A DNA stretch of 64,000 nucleotides, taken from NCBI GenBank assembly GCA_021791495.1, contig JAJYWN010000011.1, positions 1,015 through 65,014 on the forward strand. The letters run 5' to 3'. Position 1 is the first letter of the stretch, and each line of letters opens with the position of its first letter. Source of the stretch: Bacillota bacterium. Its GTDB lineage: Bacteria; Bacillota; Sulfobacillia; JAJYWN01. The notes under the pieces are model-generated. The model did no database searches, was not told the DNA's origin, and saw only the letters and a list, made by a program, of their open reading frames with translations. The translations under genes and the position numbers were made by a program. Below, in pieces: positions 9,054 to 18,759 of this stretch.

Positions 9054-11232
9054 AACCGGCGGCCGATTCCTTGGTGGCATTTCTCCTCACCTCCGGCCGG
9101 CGGCGCTCCGGGAACGAGAAAACCACCCGCCCATCGTCGGACAGGACCAGGCGGGCGGAGAATGGCCTGTTGTTCTTCGACCGGAAACCACGCAGCACCG
9201 ACGTCTGTCTCTTCTCGATCAGCGCCTGCACATCGTTGGGCGAGATGCGGCGCCCCGCGATTACCTTGCCCACCAGAAAGGCGCATCCCTCGCCGCGACG
9301 CGTGCAGTAATAGAACCGCGGCCCCTCCGTGACACGGCTGCCGCACAAGGGGCACGGCGGCAACACGGCGGCCATGGCGGCCTCTTCAGTGTCGCCGGAC
9401 ATCTCTCGTATGGCGTCGGTGAGGGTCCGCGTGAATTCGGCCGTCTCGGCCATGAAGGCCTGCCGAGCCATTTTCCCGGCTTCGATCTCCCGCAGCTTGC
9501 GTTCCCATTGCCCCGTTAACGACGGGGAGGTCAGGACGGGGACGGGGATGCGTTCGATCAGGAAGATACCCTTTTCGGTCGGCACCAGGGAACGCCTTTC
9601 CCTCACGATGTAGGACAGGTCCAGCAGGCGCTCGATGATGGCGGCCCGGGTGGCCGGAGTGCCGATACCTTCGCCCTTCATCATTTCGCGCAGCTCTTCG
9701 TCGTCGATGAGCTTCCCGGCCGTTTCCATGGCCTGCAGGAGGCTGGCCTCGGTGAAGCGTGCGGGCGGCTTGGTCTGTCCGTGCTCCACTTTCGCGTCGA
9801 GGGTCCGGGCCGGGTCTCCCTCTTTCAACTCCGGAAGCACGGGCAGGTCGGCGTCGAAAGTCGGTTTCTCAATGACATGCCACCCCGGGTCCACCACTTG
9901 GCGGCCCTGGCTGAAGAAAGGTTCGCTCTCGACCACGGTGGTCACCGAGGTCAGGTCGTCCACGGCGGCCGGGAAGAAGGCGGCGATGAAACGGCGGCAG
10001 ACGGCCTCGTACACCTGGCGCTTGTCGTCGCTCCACTGGTTGGGGTCCACTTCTTTCGGGGTGGGCACCAGGGCATGGTGGTCGGACACCTTTTTGGCGT
10101 CGACGAAGCGGCCCGAGATGGGTAGTTTGGGCTTGGCCAGGACGGTCTCGACGTGATTGCCCAGACCGGTGGCCGTTCCGGCGGCCCGCAGCATGGACGG
10201 GAAGCGCGGGATCAGGTCCGGCGGCAGGTGGCGGCTGTCGGTGCGTGGGTAGGTCAGGGCCTTGTCGCGCTCGTAGAGTTCCTGGGCCAGAGAGAGCGTC
10301 TTCGCGGCGGAGAACCCCCGGCGGCGGTTCATCTCGCGCTGGAGTTCGTTCAGATCGTAGAGCAGCGGCGGTGGGAAATGCCGGCGTTTGGTCTCGACTT
10401 CCGCCACCGTACCGTGGCGGCCGGCCACCCGCTGGGCGATGCTCTTGGCTTCTTCCTCGCTCCAGAGGCGTTGCCGGTCTTCGGCGCTGCCGGTGCGGTT
10501 GCCCTTGGCGTCCCTGCTGCCGCCGTCCCAGATTCCGCGCCACTCCCCCGCCTCGCCCCGGAAAGTGGCGAACACCTGCCAGAAATCGCGCGGCTGAAAG
10601 GCGCGGATTTCCTTTTCCCGCTGGACGATCATGGCCAGCGTCGGAGTCTGGACTCGGCCCACGGCCAGGAGGAGTCCCGCTTTCTTCGTCAGCCCGCGCG
10701 AGCCGTTAATGCCCACCAGCCAGTCGGCTTCGTTCCGGCAGCGGGCGGCGGCGAAGAGATTATCGTACTCGGCGGCGGGCCGAAGCGAGGCAAACCCTTC
10801 GCTGATGGCTTCTTCGGTGAGGGACGAGACCCACAGGCGCTCCACCGGCTTGGCGCATCCCGCCGTTTCATAGATGTAGCGGAAGATAAGCTCTCCTTCG
10901 CGGCCGGCGTCGCAGGCGTTGATGACCTTGACCACGTCGGGACGCTCCAGGAGAGAGACAAGGACATCGAACTGTGGCTTGGTCTTCGGTATGGGACGTA
11001 GACGGAACTCCGGCGGCAGGATGGGCAGGGTCTCCATGCTCCATCGCTTCCAGCGGGGCTCGTAGTCCTCGGGCTCAGCCAGCTCCAGGAGATGGCCCAC
11101 GGCCCACGACACGATCATCTCCGGTGACTCCAGGCAGCCGTCGCCCTTACTGAAACGCCCCATGGCCCGGGCGATATCCCGGGCCACGGAGGGTTTCTCA
11201 GCTATTACCAGGATACGCCCTTGGGGGGCCAT
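8947..11232 (-). CDS. topA: DNA topoisomerase I
   Basis: 761 aa with TOPRIM at the N-terminus (ILVIAEKPSVARDIA), topoisomerase IA core blocks and a C-terminal zinc ribbon (CPLCGSRV...YYCTRRGEGCAF). Confidence 0.95.
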   Translation of the reverse strand: MAPQGRILVIAEKPSVARDIARAMGRFSKGDGCLESPEMIVSWAVGHLLELAEPEDYEPRWKRWSMETLPILPPEFRLRPIPKTKPQFDVLVSLLERPDVVKVINACDAGREGELIFRYIYETAGCAKPVERLWVSSLTEEAISEGFASLRPAAEYDNLFAAARCRNEADWLVGINGSRGLTKKAGLLLAVGRVQTPTLAMIVQREKEIRAFQPRDFWQVFATFRGEAGEWRGIWDGGSRDAKGNRTGSAEDRQRLWSEEEAKSIAQRVAGRHGTVAEVETKRRHFPPPLLYDLNELQREMNRRRGFSAAKTLSLAQELYERDKALTYPRTDSRHLPPDLIPRFPSMLRAAGTATGLGNHVETVLAKPKLPISGRFVDAKKVSDHHALVPTPKEVDPNQWSDDKRQVYEAVCRRFIAAFFPAAVDDLTSVTTVVESEPFFSQGRQVVDPGWHVIEKPTFDADLPVLPELKEGDPARTLDAKVEHGQTKPPARFTEASLLQAMETAGKLIDDEELREMMKGEGIGTPATRAAIIERLLDLSYIVRERRSLVPTEKGIFLIERIPVPVLTSPSLTGQWERKLREIEAGKMARQAFMAETAEFTRTLTDAIREMSGDTEEAAMAAVLPPCPLCGSRVTEGPRFYYCTRRGEGCAFLVGKVIAGRRISPNDVQALIEKRQTSVLRGFRSKNNRPFSARLVLSDDGRVVFSFPERRRPEVRRNATKESAAGYDGAGAPGSKPAAKPAARSAGPKKGRTSRSGTQDS

Positions 11233-11235
11233 TCC

Positions 11236-13593
11236 CTATTCGCCCTTGTCTTCGTCTTTTTTCTCTTCAGTCTGTGCCGGTTCGTTCTCCCCTTCGGCCT
11301 GGGGCTTCTCCCCGGCGGCCTCGGCGGTCTTGGCTTCCTTCGCTTCCTTGGCCTCTTTCGCCTCCGCCTTATGGCGGCCGTTCTGCTTCTCGGCCTCCAC
11401 GGCGGCTTTCTTCGATTCGGCCAGGATGGAACCGAAAACGTCTCCCAAGGTGACGCGGGACTCTTCGGTCTCGGTCGCCGCCATCACGGGCTCCTTCTCG
11501 CGCGGTTCACGACGGCGCCGGCCACCGCCGGCCGCCGGTGCGGGCCGTTCTTCGCGCGGTGTTTCGCTGGCCTCGCGGATCGACAGGCTGATGCGGTGGT
11601 CTTTCGAGTTCACGGAGAGGACCCGCGCCTTCACTGTCTCTCCCACGGTGACCACATCGGCCGGCTTCTCCACCCTCCGGTCGGCCAACTGCGAGATATG
11701 GACCAAGCCGTCGATTCCCGGCTCCAACTCCACGAAAGCTCCGAAGGGGGCCAGGCGGACCACTTTTCCCTCGACCACGGTGCCTTCACGGTAACTCTCG
11801 GCGGCCTTGGACCACGGGTCCGGCTGGATCTGCTTGTAACCAAGGGAGATGCGGTCTTTTTCCTTATCAAGGCGCAGGACGATGACGTCAATCTCCTGGC
11901 CTTCCTTCAGGACCTCCGACGGGTGATTCACTCTGCCCCAGGACAGCTCGGAGACATGAAGGAGCCCGTCCACGCCGCCCAGGTCGACGAAGGCGCCGAA
12001 ATCAGTGAGGCGCTTGACCACGCCGTGGCGGACTTGGTTTTCGGCCAGTTCGGCCCAGGTGCTATCCCGCTTGGACTTGGCCTCTTCCTCCAGGGCAATC
12101 TTCCTGGAAAGGATCACCTGGTTCTTCGCCCGGTCCAGCTCGATGATCTTGACCCGAACTTCCTGGCCCACGAACTTGGCCAAGTCTTTCACAAAACCGC
12201 GATCCACGTGAGAGGCTGGGAGGAAACCGCGAAGGCCCACGTTCACGATGAGCCCGCCCTTGACCTCGCTGACCACAGGAGCGGTCAGAACTTCGCCCTT
12301 CTCGAAGGACTCCTTGACGCGCTTCCAACCCACTTCCTCGTCGGCGCGCCTCTTAGATAGGATGAGGTTGCCTTCCTGGGTATCGATGCGCTTCACATAG
12401 ACGTCTATCTCATCGCCGACCTGGACCAGTTGCCTCAGGTCCGCGCTGTCGCGACCGAAATCCGACGCCGGGATGACGCCCTCGGACTTATATCCCACAT
12501 CGACGAGGACTTGGTTGTCGTCCACCGACACGACCTTGCCGCGCACAATCTCGCCGGGCTTCAGGTCTTTCATGGCCGAGGCCATGTCCTCTTCTTCCCC
12601 TGTCGCCTGGCTTTCCTGCGGTTCCGCGTCAGCGGGGGCCGCTTCCTGTGCCGCAGGCGCTTTCTCCTGCTCTTGCTCTGTGGTGCTTTCGGGCTGCTGG
12701 TCTTTCTCTTCCTTTTCGTCGATGGCCGACATCTTCACTCGAACCTCCTCGATACTGCTGGCGGGCGTTGACGCGCCCGCCAGAAGGCCAACCCGGGCCT
12801 TTCCGGTAAACCAAGCTGGATCCAATTCGGTTGTGTTTTCTATGTGATAAGTAGGAATACCTTCTTCCCTGGCGATGGATGCCAATTGGCGGGTGTTCGC
12901 GCTGTTTTTTCCGCCCAGGACTAGAATGACGTCGCATCTCCTAGCCAATTCGCGTGCTTCTTGCTGGCGCTGGGAGGTCACGGCGCAAAGGGTGTTCACC
13001 TGCTCTACCTTGGCTCCGCCCTGGGCGAGGACCCGAGCCACCTCGCGGACGGTCTCTGGTCTCTGGGTCGTTTGGGCCACCAAAGTGACGGGCCCCGATA
13101 GCCCCAGATCCTTCGCCTCACCCGCATTCCGGACCACGAAGACACAGCCGCGGGAGGCCGACGCCACCTCCGACGCGTGTCCCAGCACCCCTTTGATCTC
13201 GGTGTGCCCGGGGTCCCCCACGATGACCGTGTCCCGGCCCTGGGCCACGCTCTCACTGGATTTCTCCTGTAGCCGCCGCACCAATGGGCATGTGGCGTCG
13301 ACGATTTCGTAACCCAGCGCGGCGGCGCGGCGGTAGACCTCGGGAGTGGCGCCGTGCGAAGGGATGACGAGGATGGCTCCGGGAGACGGCGGCAACTGGT
13401 CGAGGTCCGTGACGGTGCGGGCTCCCGAAGCGGCCAGCTCCCGTTCGACCTCCGGGTTATGGACCAGGGGGCCAAAGACAAAGACCGGCCCTCCCCGGCC
13501 CAGTGTCTGACGGGCCTTTTCCACCGCGTCCCGCACACCCGTACAGAAGCCCGCGTGGCGGGCGACTTCCACGTCAATCATGCGGTCCCTCAT
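11236..13593 (-). CDS. ispH: bifunctional 4-hydroxy-3-methylbut-2-enyl diphosphate reductase (IspH/LytB) fused to ribosomal protein S1 repeats
   Basis: N-terminal ~290 aa is IspH-like (GFCTGVRDAV, three conserved Cys regions). It is followed by four S1 domains and an acidic/Lys-rich tail (KEAKEAKEAK). The fusion is known in Clostridia. Confidence 0.9.
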   Translation of the reverse strand: MRDRMIDVEVARHAGFCTGVRDAVEKARQTLGRGGPVFVFGPLVHNPEVERELAASGARTVTDLDQLPPSPGAILVIPSHGATPEVYRRAAALGYEIVDATCPLVRRLQEKSSESVAQGRDTVIVGDPGHTEIKGVLGHASEVASASRGCVFVVRNAGEAKDLGLSGPVTLVAQTTQRPETVREVARVLAQGGAKVEQVNTLCAVTSQRQQEARELARRCDVILVLGGKNSANTRQLASIAREEGIPTYHIENTTELDPAWFTGKARVGLLAGASTPASSIEEVRVKMSAIDEKEEKDQQPESTTEQEQEKAPAAQEAAPADAEPQESQATGEEEDMASAMKDLKPGEIVRGKVVSVDDNQVLVDVGYKSEGVIPASDFGRDSADLRQLVQVGDEIDVYVKRIDTQEGNLILSKRRADEEVGWKRVKESFEKGEVLTAPVVSEVKGGLIVNVGLRGFLPASHVDRGFVKDLAKFVGQEVRVKIIELDRAKNQVILSRKIALEEEAKSKRDSTWAELAENQVRHGVVKRLTDFGAFVDLGGVDGLLHVSELSWGRVNHPSEVLKEGQEIDVIVLRLDKEKDRISLGYKQIQPDPWSKAAESYREGTVVEGKVVRLAPFGAFVELEPGIDGLVHISQLADRRVEKPADVVTVGETVKARVLSVNSKDHRISLSIREASETPREERPAPAAGGGRRRREPREKEPVMAATETEESRVTLGDVFGSILAESKKAAVEAEKQNGRHKAEAKEAKEAKEAKTAEAAGEKPQAEGENEPAQTEEKKDEDKGE

Positions 13594-14239
13594 CCTCAGC
13601 AGCGGTAGTAGCGGTAGCGGCAGTAGCGGCGGCCGCCGCCGGCGCCGGTCTCGACCAACGGCCTTCTGATAAGTCGATGATGCGGTCCATGATGGACTCA
13701 GACAGCCGGGCCAACTCCTCGTTACGGGCTTTTCCTCCCTCGACCGAGAGGTAGACGGGCTCTCCGAAATTCACCTGGATGCGACCCCGAAAGCGGTACT
13801 GCCCGATGATGGCCACCGGCACTACCGGGGACCCGGTCTTGACGGCCACCAGGGCCGCGCCGGGCTCAGCCTTACCTATATAGCCGGTCCGGGTCCGGGT
13901 CCCTTCGGGGAACATGCCAATGGCGTGGCCTTTTTCCAGAAGATCGTAGGTGCGCCGCAAGGCGGTGCGGTCGGGCAGCCCTCGCCGCACGGGGTAGGCG
14001 CCGATCCGCTTCAGGATGGGGCCGAAAACAGGGATCGCAAAAAGCTCCGCTTTCGCCATAAAATAAACGGGCCGCCGGACCATGATGGCAATGGTGACCG
14101 GATCCCACCAGGAGAAGTGGTTGCCGCAGACGACCACGGGCCCGCGGGCGGGGACACGCTCCCGGTGGCTGGAGTCGACTCTGAACCAGAGTGTGTAAAA
14201 GACGCGGAACATCTCGCGGATGAGGACATATAGAAACAT
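13574..14239 (-). CDS. plsC: 1-acyl-sn-glycerol-3-phosphate acyltransferase
   Basis: NHFSWWD (HX4D) and FPEGTR motifs; 221 aa with an Ala/Thr-rich tail. Confidence 0.85.
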   Translation of the reverse strand: MFLYVLIREMFRVFYTLWFRVDSSHRERVPARGPVVVCGNHFSWWDPVTIAIMVRRPVYFMAKAELFAIPVFGPILKRIGAYPVRRGLPDRTALRRTYDLLEKGHAIGMFPEGTRTRTGYIGKAEPGAALVAVKTGSPVVPVAIIGQYRFRGRIQVNFGEPVYLSVEGGKARNEELARLSESIMDRIIDLSEGRWSRPAPAAAAATAATATTAAEDEGPHD

Positions 14240-14241
14240 GC

Positions 14242-15015
14242 TTAGAGTCCCTCCTTCCGCTCCGGTGTGGCCGGATAGCCCGCGGTCTCCGGCGTGCCGG
14301 CCCGCGGGGCTTCCGCACGCTCCAGCCGCCCGGCGGCCTGGCGACAGAGCTTCATGACCTCCGCCGCGACTTCTTCGATGGTCATGCCCGTGGAGTCAAG
14401 CAGAACGGCGTCGTCCGCCTGCCGCAGGGGGTCCATCTGGCGGCTGGTGTCGATACGATCTCGTTCGGCCAGTTCATTCCTGACCTCGTCGAAAGTAACG
14501 CCGAAACCCCGGCCCAACTGCTCTTTCAAGCGGCGGCGCGCCCGTTCGTCCAGGGAAGCCGTGAGGAAAACCTTGACTTCGGCCTCGGGAAGCACGGCCG
14601 TGCCGATGTCGCGTCCATCCAGGACCGCGCCGCCCTGGCCGGCGATCTCCCGTTGGCGGCGCACCAGGGCGCGGCGCACGCCGGGGATTGCCGCCGTGAG
14701 GGAAACGTGGCGGCCCACCTCCGGACTGCGAATCTGGTCGGTCACGGGCTCGCCGTCCACCATCACGGTGGGGCCGCTGCTATTGGGGCCGGCCGGAGCG
14801 AGGTCGATGCGCAGGTTCTCCGCAAGGGTGGCGATGGAGGAGCCGTCTCCGTCAAAGGAGAGACCGCGACGCAAGGCGGCGAGAGTCACGGCGCGATACA
14901 TGGCGCCGGTGTCAAGGTAAAGGTAGCCCAGCTCCCGGGCCACTATTTTCGCGATGGTGCTTTTTCCGGCCCCCGACGGTCCGTCGATGGCCACCCGCAA
15001 ACGGCGACTCGACAC
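14242..15015 (-). CDS. cmk: cytidylate kinase
   Basis: Starts with P-loop IDGPSGAGKST (shown here as VAIDGPSGAGKSTIAK); Cmk-like throughout; cmk-plsC-ispH/rpsA synteny. Confidence 0.92.
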   Translation of the reverse strand: MSSRRLRVAIDGPSGAGKSTIAKIVARELGYLYLDTGAMYRAVTLAALRRGLSFDGDGSSIATLAENLRIDLAPAGPNSSGPTVMVDGEPVTDQIRSPEVGRHVSLTAAIPGVRRALVRRQREIAGQGGAVLDGRDIGTAVLPEAEVKVFLTASLDERARRRLKEQLGRGFGVTFDEVRNELAERDRIDTSRQMDPLRQADDAVLLDSTGMTIEEVAAEVMKLCRQAAGRLERAEAPRAGTPETAGYPATPERKEGL

Positions 15016-15174
15016 AGATAGAAGCCTTTCCCGCGCAACCTTCCCGCATGTTCGGCGGTCGAATAACCGGGGATTTCGACGGCGCGCGCGGTTTTCCTTG
15101 CAGCACCGGCGGCGCCCCTCCGGATTATGCCCACAGTTCCCAGAGCAGAGAACTCCAGAAGGACGCGGCGCCTG

Positions 15175-15738
15175 TTAAGGTCCTGACGGCACCGGAAGCT
15201 CTGCTGGCGGCAGCACTCGTCCGAGGCGGGCAATTGTCCCCTGGGCCGTCAAAGACTGTCCTACGGTGGGATAGGACACACCGCGCGATTCCGCGACTTT
15301 CACGGTCACGGCGCCCCGGTACTTGCCCGGATCTATCTCCACGAGGTCGCCGGGCCTGACAGCGACGGCGGCTGACGCCGTCACGAAGGTGGCCGCTGGA
15401 TCCCCGTTTACCAACACTGTCACCCATGGCGCTGTCTTGTGGCCCACCAAGGTCAGGGTGAGGGAAGCCACGGGAGCGGTGCCAGGGAGGTGTTCCGTCG
15501 CCACGGCCGGGGAGACCGACGGAACGGCCGGAGGGGTGCCGCCGAGAGAAGGCACGCTATAGGTGGCCAGGGACACCCCTTCGAGGTGATCAACGAAAGA
15601 CAGCCAGCGGCGCAGGTCCGGACGGGCCAGGGCGGCCTGGGCCAGGAACACGAGGAGGGCCAGGCCGATCACCAGGCGGACCAGCACCCGCTCCAAACGG
15701 TCACCGAAGGAAAGGAAACGGCGCAACCCCCCACCCCT
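15175..15738 (-). CDS. hypothetical membrane-anchored protein (single N-terminal TM), conserved position between the HI0933 flavoprotein and cmk
   Basis: The ORF-track N-terminus overlaps the flavoprotein gene. A GTG at ~15738 is preceded by GGAGAAGGAA. TM helix LVRLVIGLALLVFLAQAAL is followed by a soluble domain (VLVNGDPAATF...VRPGDLVEID). Confidence 0.45.
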   Translation of the reverse strand, partial: RGGGLRRFLSFGDRLERVLVRLVIGLALLVFLAQAALARPDLRRWLSFVDHLEGVSLATYSVPSLGGTPPAVPSVSPAVATEHLPGTAPVASLTLTLVGHKTAPWVTVLVNGDPAATFVTASAAVAVRPGDLVEIDPGKYRGAVTVKVAESRGVSYPTVGQSLTAQGTIARLGRVLPPAELPVPSGP

Positions 15739-17074
15739 CACGGGTTCCTTCTCCCACTGAGGTATGCCCCAGGCCAGGTGCTTTATGCGCCTGGGAAAGG
15801 GCCTTCCGGGCGGCAACCCGTCCGGCCAGATGGCCCGTGGAGAAAGCGGCCTGCAGGTTATAGCCGCCCGTAAAACCGTCCACATCCAACACTTCGCCGG
15901 CGAAAAAGAGCCCGGGACAGAGCCTCGATTCCATGGTCCGCGGGTCCACCTGGCCCACATCCACCCCGCCGGTGGTGACCACCGCTTCCTCCCAGGACCG
16001 TGTGGCCGTGACCGTCAGGCGCATTCCCTTCAGGAGCCGCGCCAGGCGCTCCCGCTCAGAGCGGGTTATCTGGTGCACGGGTTTCTCGGGTGGAATATGG
16101 GAGAGGCCGATGATGACCGGGATTAGACTGCGGGGCAATAAGCCTCCCAGGGCGTTCTTATACTGGCGGCGCGTCTCGGCTCCGAAGTCCCTCAGGAGCC
16201 GCGCGTCCAGCTGCTCCAGCGAGAGCGCCGGTTTCAGGTCTATCGAAAGCACGGCGGGCAGCGGAATCCGGCCCGTGGCGAGCGCCCGTGAAAGGGAGAG
16301 CACCGTGGGGCCGGACACGCCGAAGTGGGTAAAGAGAAGGTCCCCGAAGAGAGAGACGCCGAGACCGGTCTTGGCGGCCTTTCCGGCACCATCGCCCGCG
16401 ACTAAGGTCACTTGAACATTCTCCAAGGTCAGGCCGGCCAGTGCCGCCACAAACTCCTCCGCGCAGATCATGGGCACCAGGGACGGTCGCGGCTCCACGA
16501 TGCGATGCCCAACCCCCGCGGCCAGGCGATACCCATCTCCGGTCGAACCGGTGGCCGGATAAGACGCCCCTCCCGTGGCCAAGACGACTGCGTGGCCTTG
16601 AAACCGTTCGCCGCCGGCGGTGACGACCACCCACGTTCCCCCATCACTTGCCGGAGGCAGAAGTCCCGCCACCGGCGCCACCGTCCGCACCTTGACCCCG
16701 GCGGCCGCCACCGCCCCCTTCAAGGCGCGCACAACATCCAGGGCCCGGTTCGAGACCGGAAACATCCGCCGGCCACGTTCCACCACCGTGGGCACACCCA
16801 GCTTGTCCAAAAAGGACACAAGGTCAGGGGGGCCAAAGTTGGCGAAGGCACTGTACAGGAAACGGCCGTTGCCGGGGATACCTTGCACCAGGCCTTCCAC
16901 GTCCGTCCAATTGGTCAGGTTGCAGCGCCCTTTTCCGCTGATCCCCAGCTTCAGTCCGAGGCGGTCTTTCTTCTCCAAGAGGACCGTGCGGGCGCCACCG
17001 GCCGCGGCCTGGACCGCCGCCATCATCCCGGCGGGGCCGCCACCGACCACCACCACACCGGACACCGGTTCCAT
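15701..17074 (-). CDS. HI0933/BaiN-like NAD(P)/FAD-dependent flavoprotein (aminoacetone-oxidase family)
   Basis: VVVVGGGPAGMMAA dinucleotide-binding motif and SGKGRCNLTN block typical of HI0933-like proteins; 457 aa. Confidence 0.85.
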   Translation of the reverse strand: MEPVSGVVVVGGGPAGMMAAVQAAAGGARTVLLEKKDRLGLKLGISGKGRCNLTNWTDVEGLVQGIPGNGRFLYSAFANFGPPDLVSFLDKLGVPTVVERGRRMFPVSNRALDVVRALKGAVAAAGVKVRTVAPVAGLLPPASDGGTWVVVTAGGERFQGHAVVLATGGASYPATGSTGDGYRLAAGVGHRIVEPRPSLVPMICAEEFVAALAGLTLENVQVTLVAGDGAGKAAKTGLGVSLFGDLLFTHFGVSGPTVLSLSRALATGRIPLPAVLSIDLKPALSLEQLDARLLRDFGAETRRQYKNALGGLLPRSLIPVIIGLSHIPPEKPVHQITRSERERLARLLKGMRLTVTATRSWEEAVVTTGGVDVGQVDPRTMESRLCPGLFFAGEVLDVDGFTGGYNLQAAFSTGHLAGRVAARKALSQAHKAPGLGHTSVGEGTREGWGVAPFPFLR

Positions 17075-17079
17075 GGAGC

Positions 17080-18492
17080 CTAACGCGCCTCTCCCTCTCC
17101 TGCTACCAGGAGACGGCCCACCTTATCGACGTCGCCGGCCCCCGCCGTCAGGACCATGTCCCCGGGTGCGACTTTCGAGCGGAGGTAGGCGGCGGCTTCC
17201 TGGTGGCTGGGCATGTGGACCGCGGCCGAACCCAGGTCACGAATGTCGGCGACCAAGTCGGCCGCCTTGACCAAACCGGTGTCTTTCTCCCGGGCCGCGT
17301 AGATGTCCAGGAGCACCGCTTCATCGGCCAGGGCCAGGGCCTTCACGAACTCGTGGCGCGAGTGGAAGGTCCGGCTGAACAGGTGGGGCTGGAAGACCAC
17401 ATACAGCCGCCTGGGTTCGAACCGCCTGGCCGTCTCAATGGTGTAGCGGAGGGCCGTTGGATGGTGGGCGTAGTCGTCGATGACGGTCACCCCGCCCACC
17501 TGACCCAACTGCTCGAATCGCCGGTGTACCCCCTTGAAATCGCGTAAGGAACGGGCGATGTCCTTGACGTCCACTCCCAGCCAGAAACAGGCTGCCGTCG
17601 CCGCCAGGGCATTCTGCACATTGTGGACGCCGGGGGTGCCCAGCTCCATGGGGACCAGGCGCCGGTCCCCGCGCACCAAGTCAAACACCGGGTAGGCCGT
17701 CCCGGGGCGGAACCCGACGGCCGCGGCACGCCAGGTATTGTCCGGGGATAGGCCAAAGGTCTCCACCGGCACCTTGGCGGTTTCGGCCACCCGCCGGGCG
17801 TACTGGTTATCGCCGCTGGTGATGAGCACGCCCCCGGTTTTGATGCGGTCGGCGAAATCACGAAATCCCTGGACCACACCCTCGATGCTCTTAAAGAAAT
17901 CCAGGTGGTCGTCGTCGATGTTCAGGATGAGGCCGACTTCGGGACGGAGGGACAAGAAAGAGTTCTCGAACTCGCAGGCCTCGGTGACCATGTACCGGGT
18001 GGTCCCGATACGGGCGTTGCCGCCCAGGGCCGGCACGTCGCCGCCCACTAAGATGGTGGGATCCAGCCCCGCATCCTTCAGAATGACGCCGATCATGGCG
18101 GTAGTGGTGGTCTTGCCGTGGGTGCCGGCGATAGCCACTCCGTGGTCAGCGCGGGCCAAAACGCGGCCCAGGAGTTCGGCCCGGGACAAGACCGGCAGGC
18201 GCCGCTCGGCCGCGCGCACGGTCTCGGGATGCAGGTCTTTCTTCACCGCGGCGGTGTAGACCACCAGATCGCAGTCGTCCACGTGATCCGCGCTGTGGTC
18301 TTTGACGAAGGAGAGCCCCTTTTCCCGCAGCCGGGCGATGACCGGAGAGTACCTGATGTCGCAGCCGGTCACCTGATGGCCCGCGGCTAAGAGCACTTCC
18401 GCCAAGCCGCTCATACCGGCACCGCCGACCCCGACGAAATGAACTCTTTTCATGTCTCCGTCCAGCGGGGATTCGAGTTTCTCCGGGACCAT
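17080..18492 (-). CDS. murC: UDP-N-acetylmuramate--L-alanine ligase
   Basis: VHFVGVGGAGMSGLAEVL and IAGTHGKTTTTAM Mur-ligase motifs; 470 aa. Confidence 0.92.
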   Translation of the reverse strand: MVPEKLESPLDGDMKRVHFVGVGGAGMSGLAEVLLAAGHQVTGCDIRYSPVIARLREKGLSFVKDHSADHVDDCDLVVYTAAVKKDLHPETVRAAERRLPVLSRAELLGRVLARADHGVAIAGTHGKTTTTAMIGVILKDAGLDPTILVGGDVPALGGNARIGTTRYMVTEACEFENSFLSLRPEVGLILNIDDDHLDFFKSIEGVVQGFRDFADRIKTGGVLITSGDNQYARRVAETAKVPVETFGLSPDNTWRAAAVGFRPGTAYPVFDLVRGDRRLVPMELGTPGVHNVQNALAATAACFWLGVDVKDIARSLRDFKGVHRRFEQLGQVGGVTVIDDYAHHPTALRYTIETARRFEPRRLYVVFQPHLFSRTFHSRHEFVKALALADEAVLLDIYAAREKDTGLVKAADLVADIRDLGSAAVHMPSHQEAAAYLRSKVAPGDMVLTAGAGDVDKVGRLLVAGEGEAR

Positions 18493-18728
18493 GGGGCACC
18501 TCCGGCCGACGCCCAGGGGGCGAGCGGCAGTCGCATTTTATGCGCCCAAAGAGGGCTGCGTCACTGCCGCCACAACATACTCCCTGCCCGAGCCGCCTAT
18601 TCTGGAATAGACGTTTACATAACTATGCACCGGAAGGGTCGGCCCCCCGATGGGCGCCTCCGTTCGAAATCCTCCGTTCACAGATCGCGCGGCCACCGTG
18701 ACGCGATTTCCGGCACAGCTAGTACGTG

Positions 18729-18757
18729 CATTCTAACTCTAGGACTATTTTCCTCTA
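18729..18757 (-). promoter_or_regulatory. candidate sigma-A promoter (TTAGAG-17-TAGAAT) about 230 nt upstream of murC
   Basis: On the minus strand: cTTAGAGgaaaatagtcctagagtTAGAATg, followed by a ~230-nt 5' leader that contains a repeated AACGGAGG motif and an ATCGCG...CGCGAT hairpin. Confidence 0.3.
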
Positions 18758-18759
18758 AG

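Noticed and set aside
8323-11001. Plus-strand ORFs of 398 aa and 282 aa antisense to fni and topA.
   Set aside because: High-GC antisense artefacts with no domain signatures.
11221-12360. 379-aa plus-strand ORF antisense to ispH::rpsA.
   Set aside because: Antisense to a strongly conserved gene; low-complexity translation.
18650-18700. CGTTCGAAATCC resembles a tRNA T-loop.
   Set aside because: An extra A breaks the GTTCGAATC consensus. No acceptor or anticodon stems can be built. The region is better explained as the murC 5' leader.
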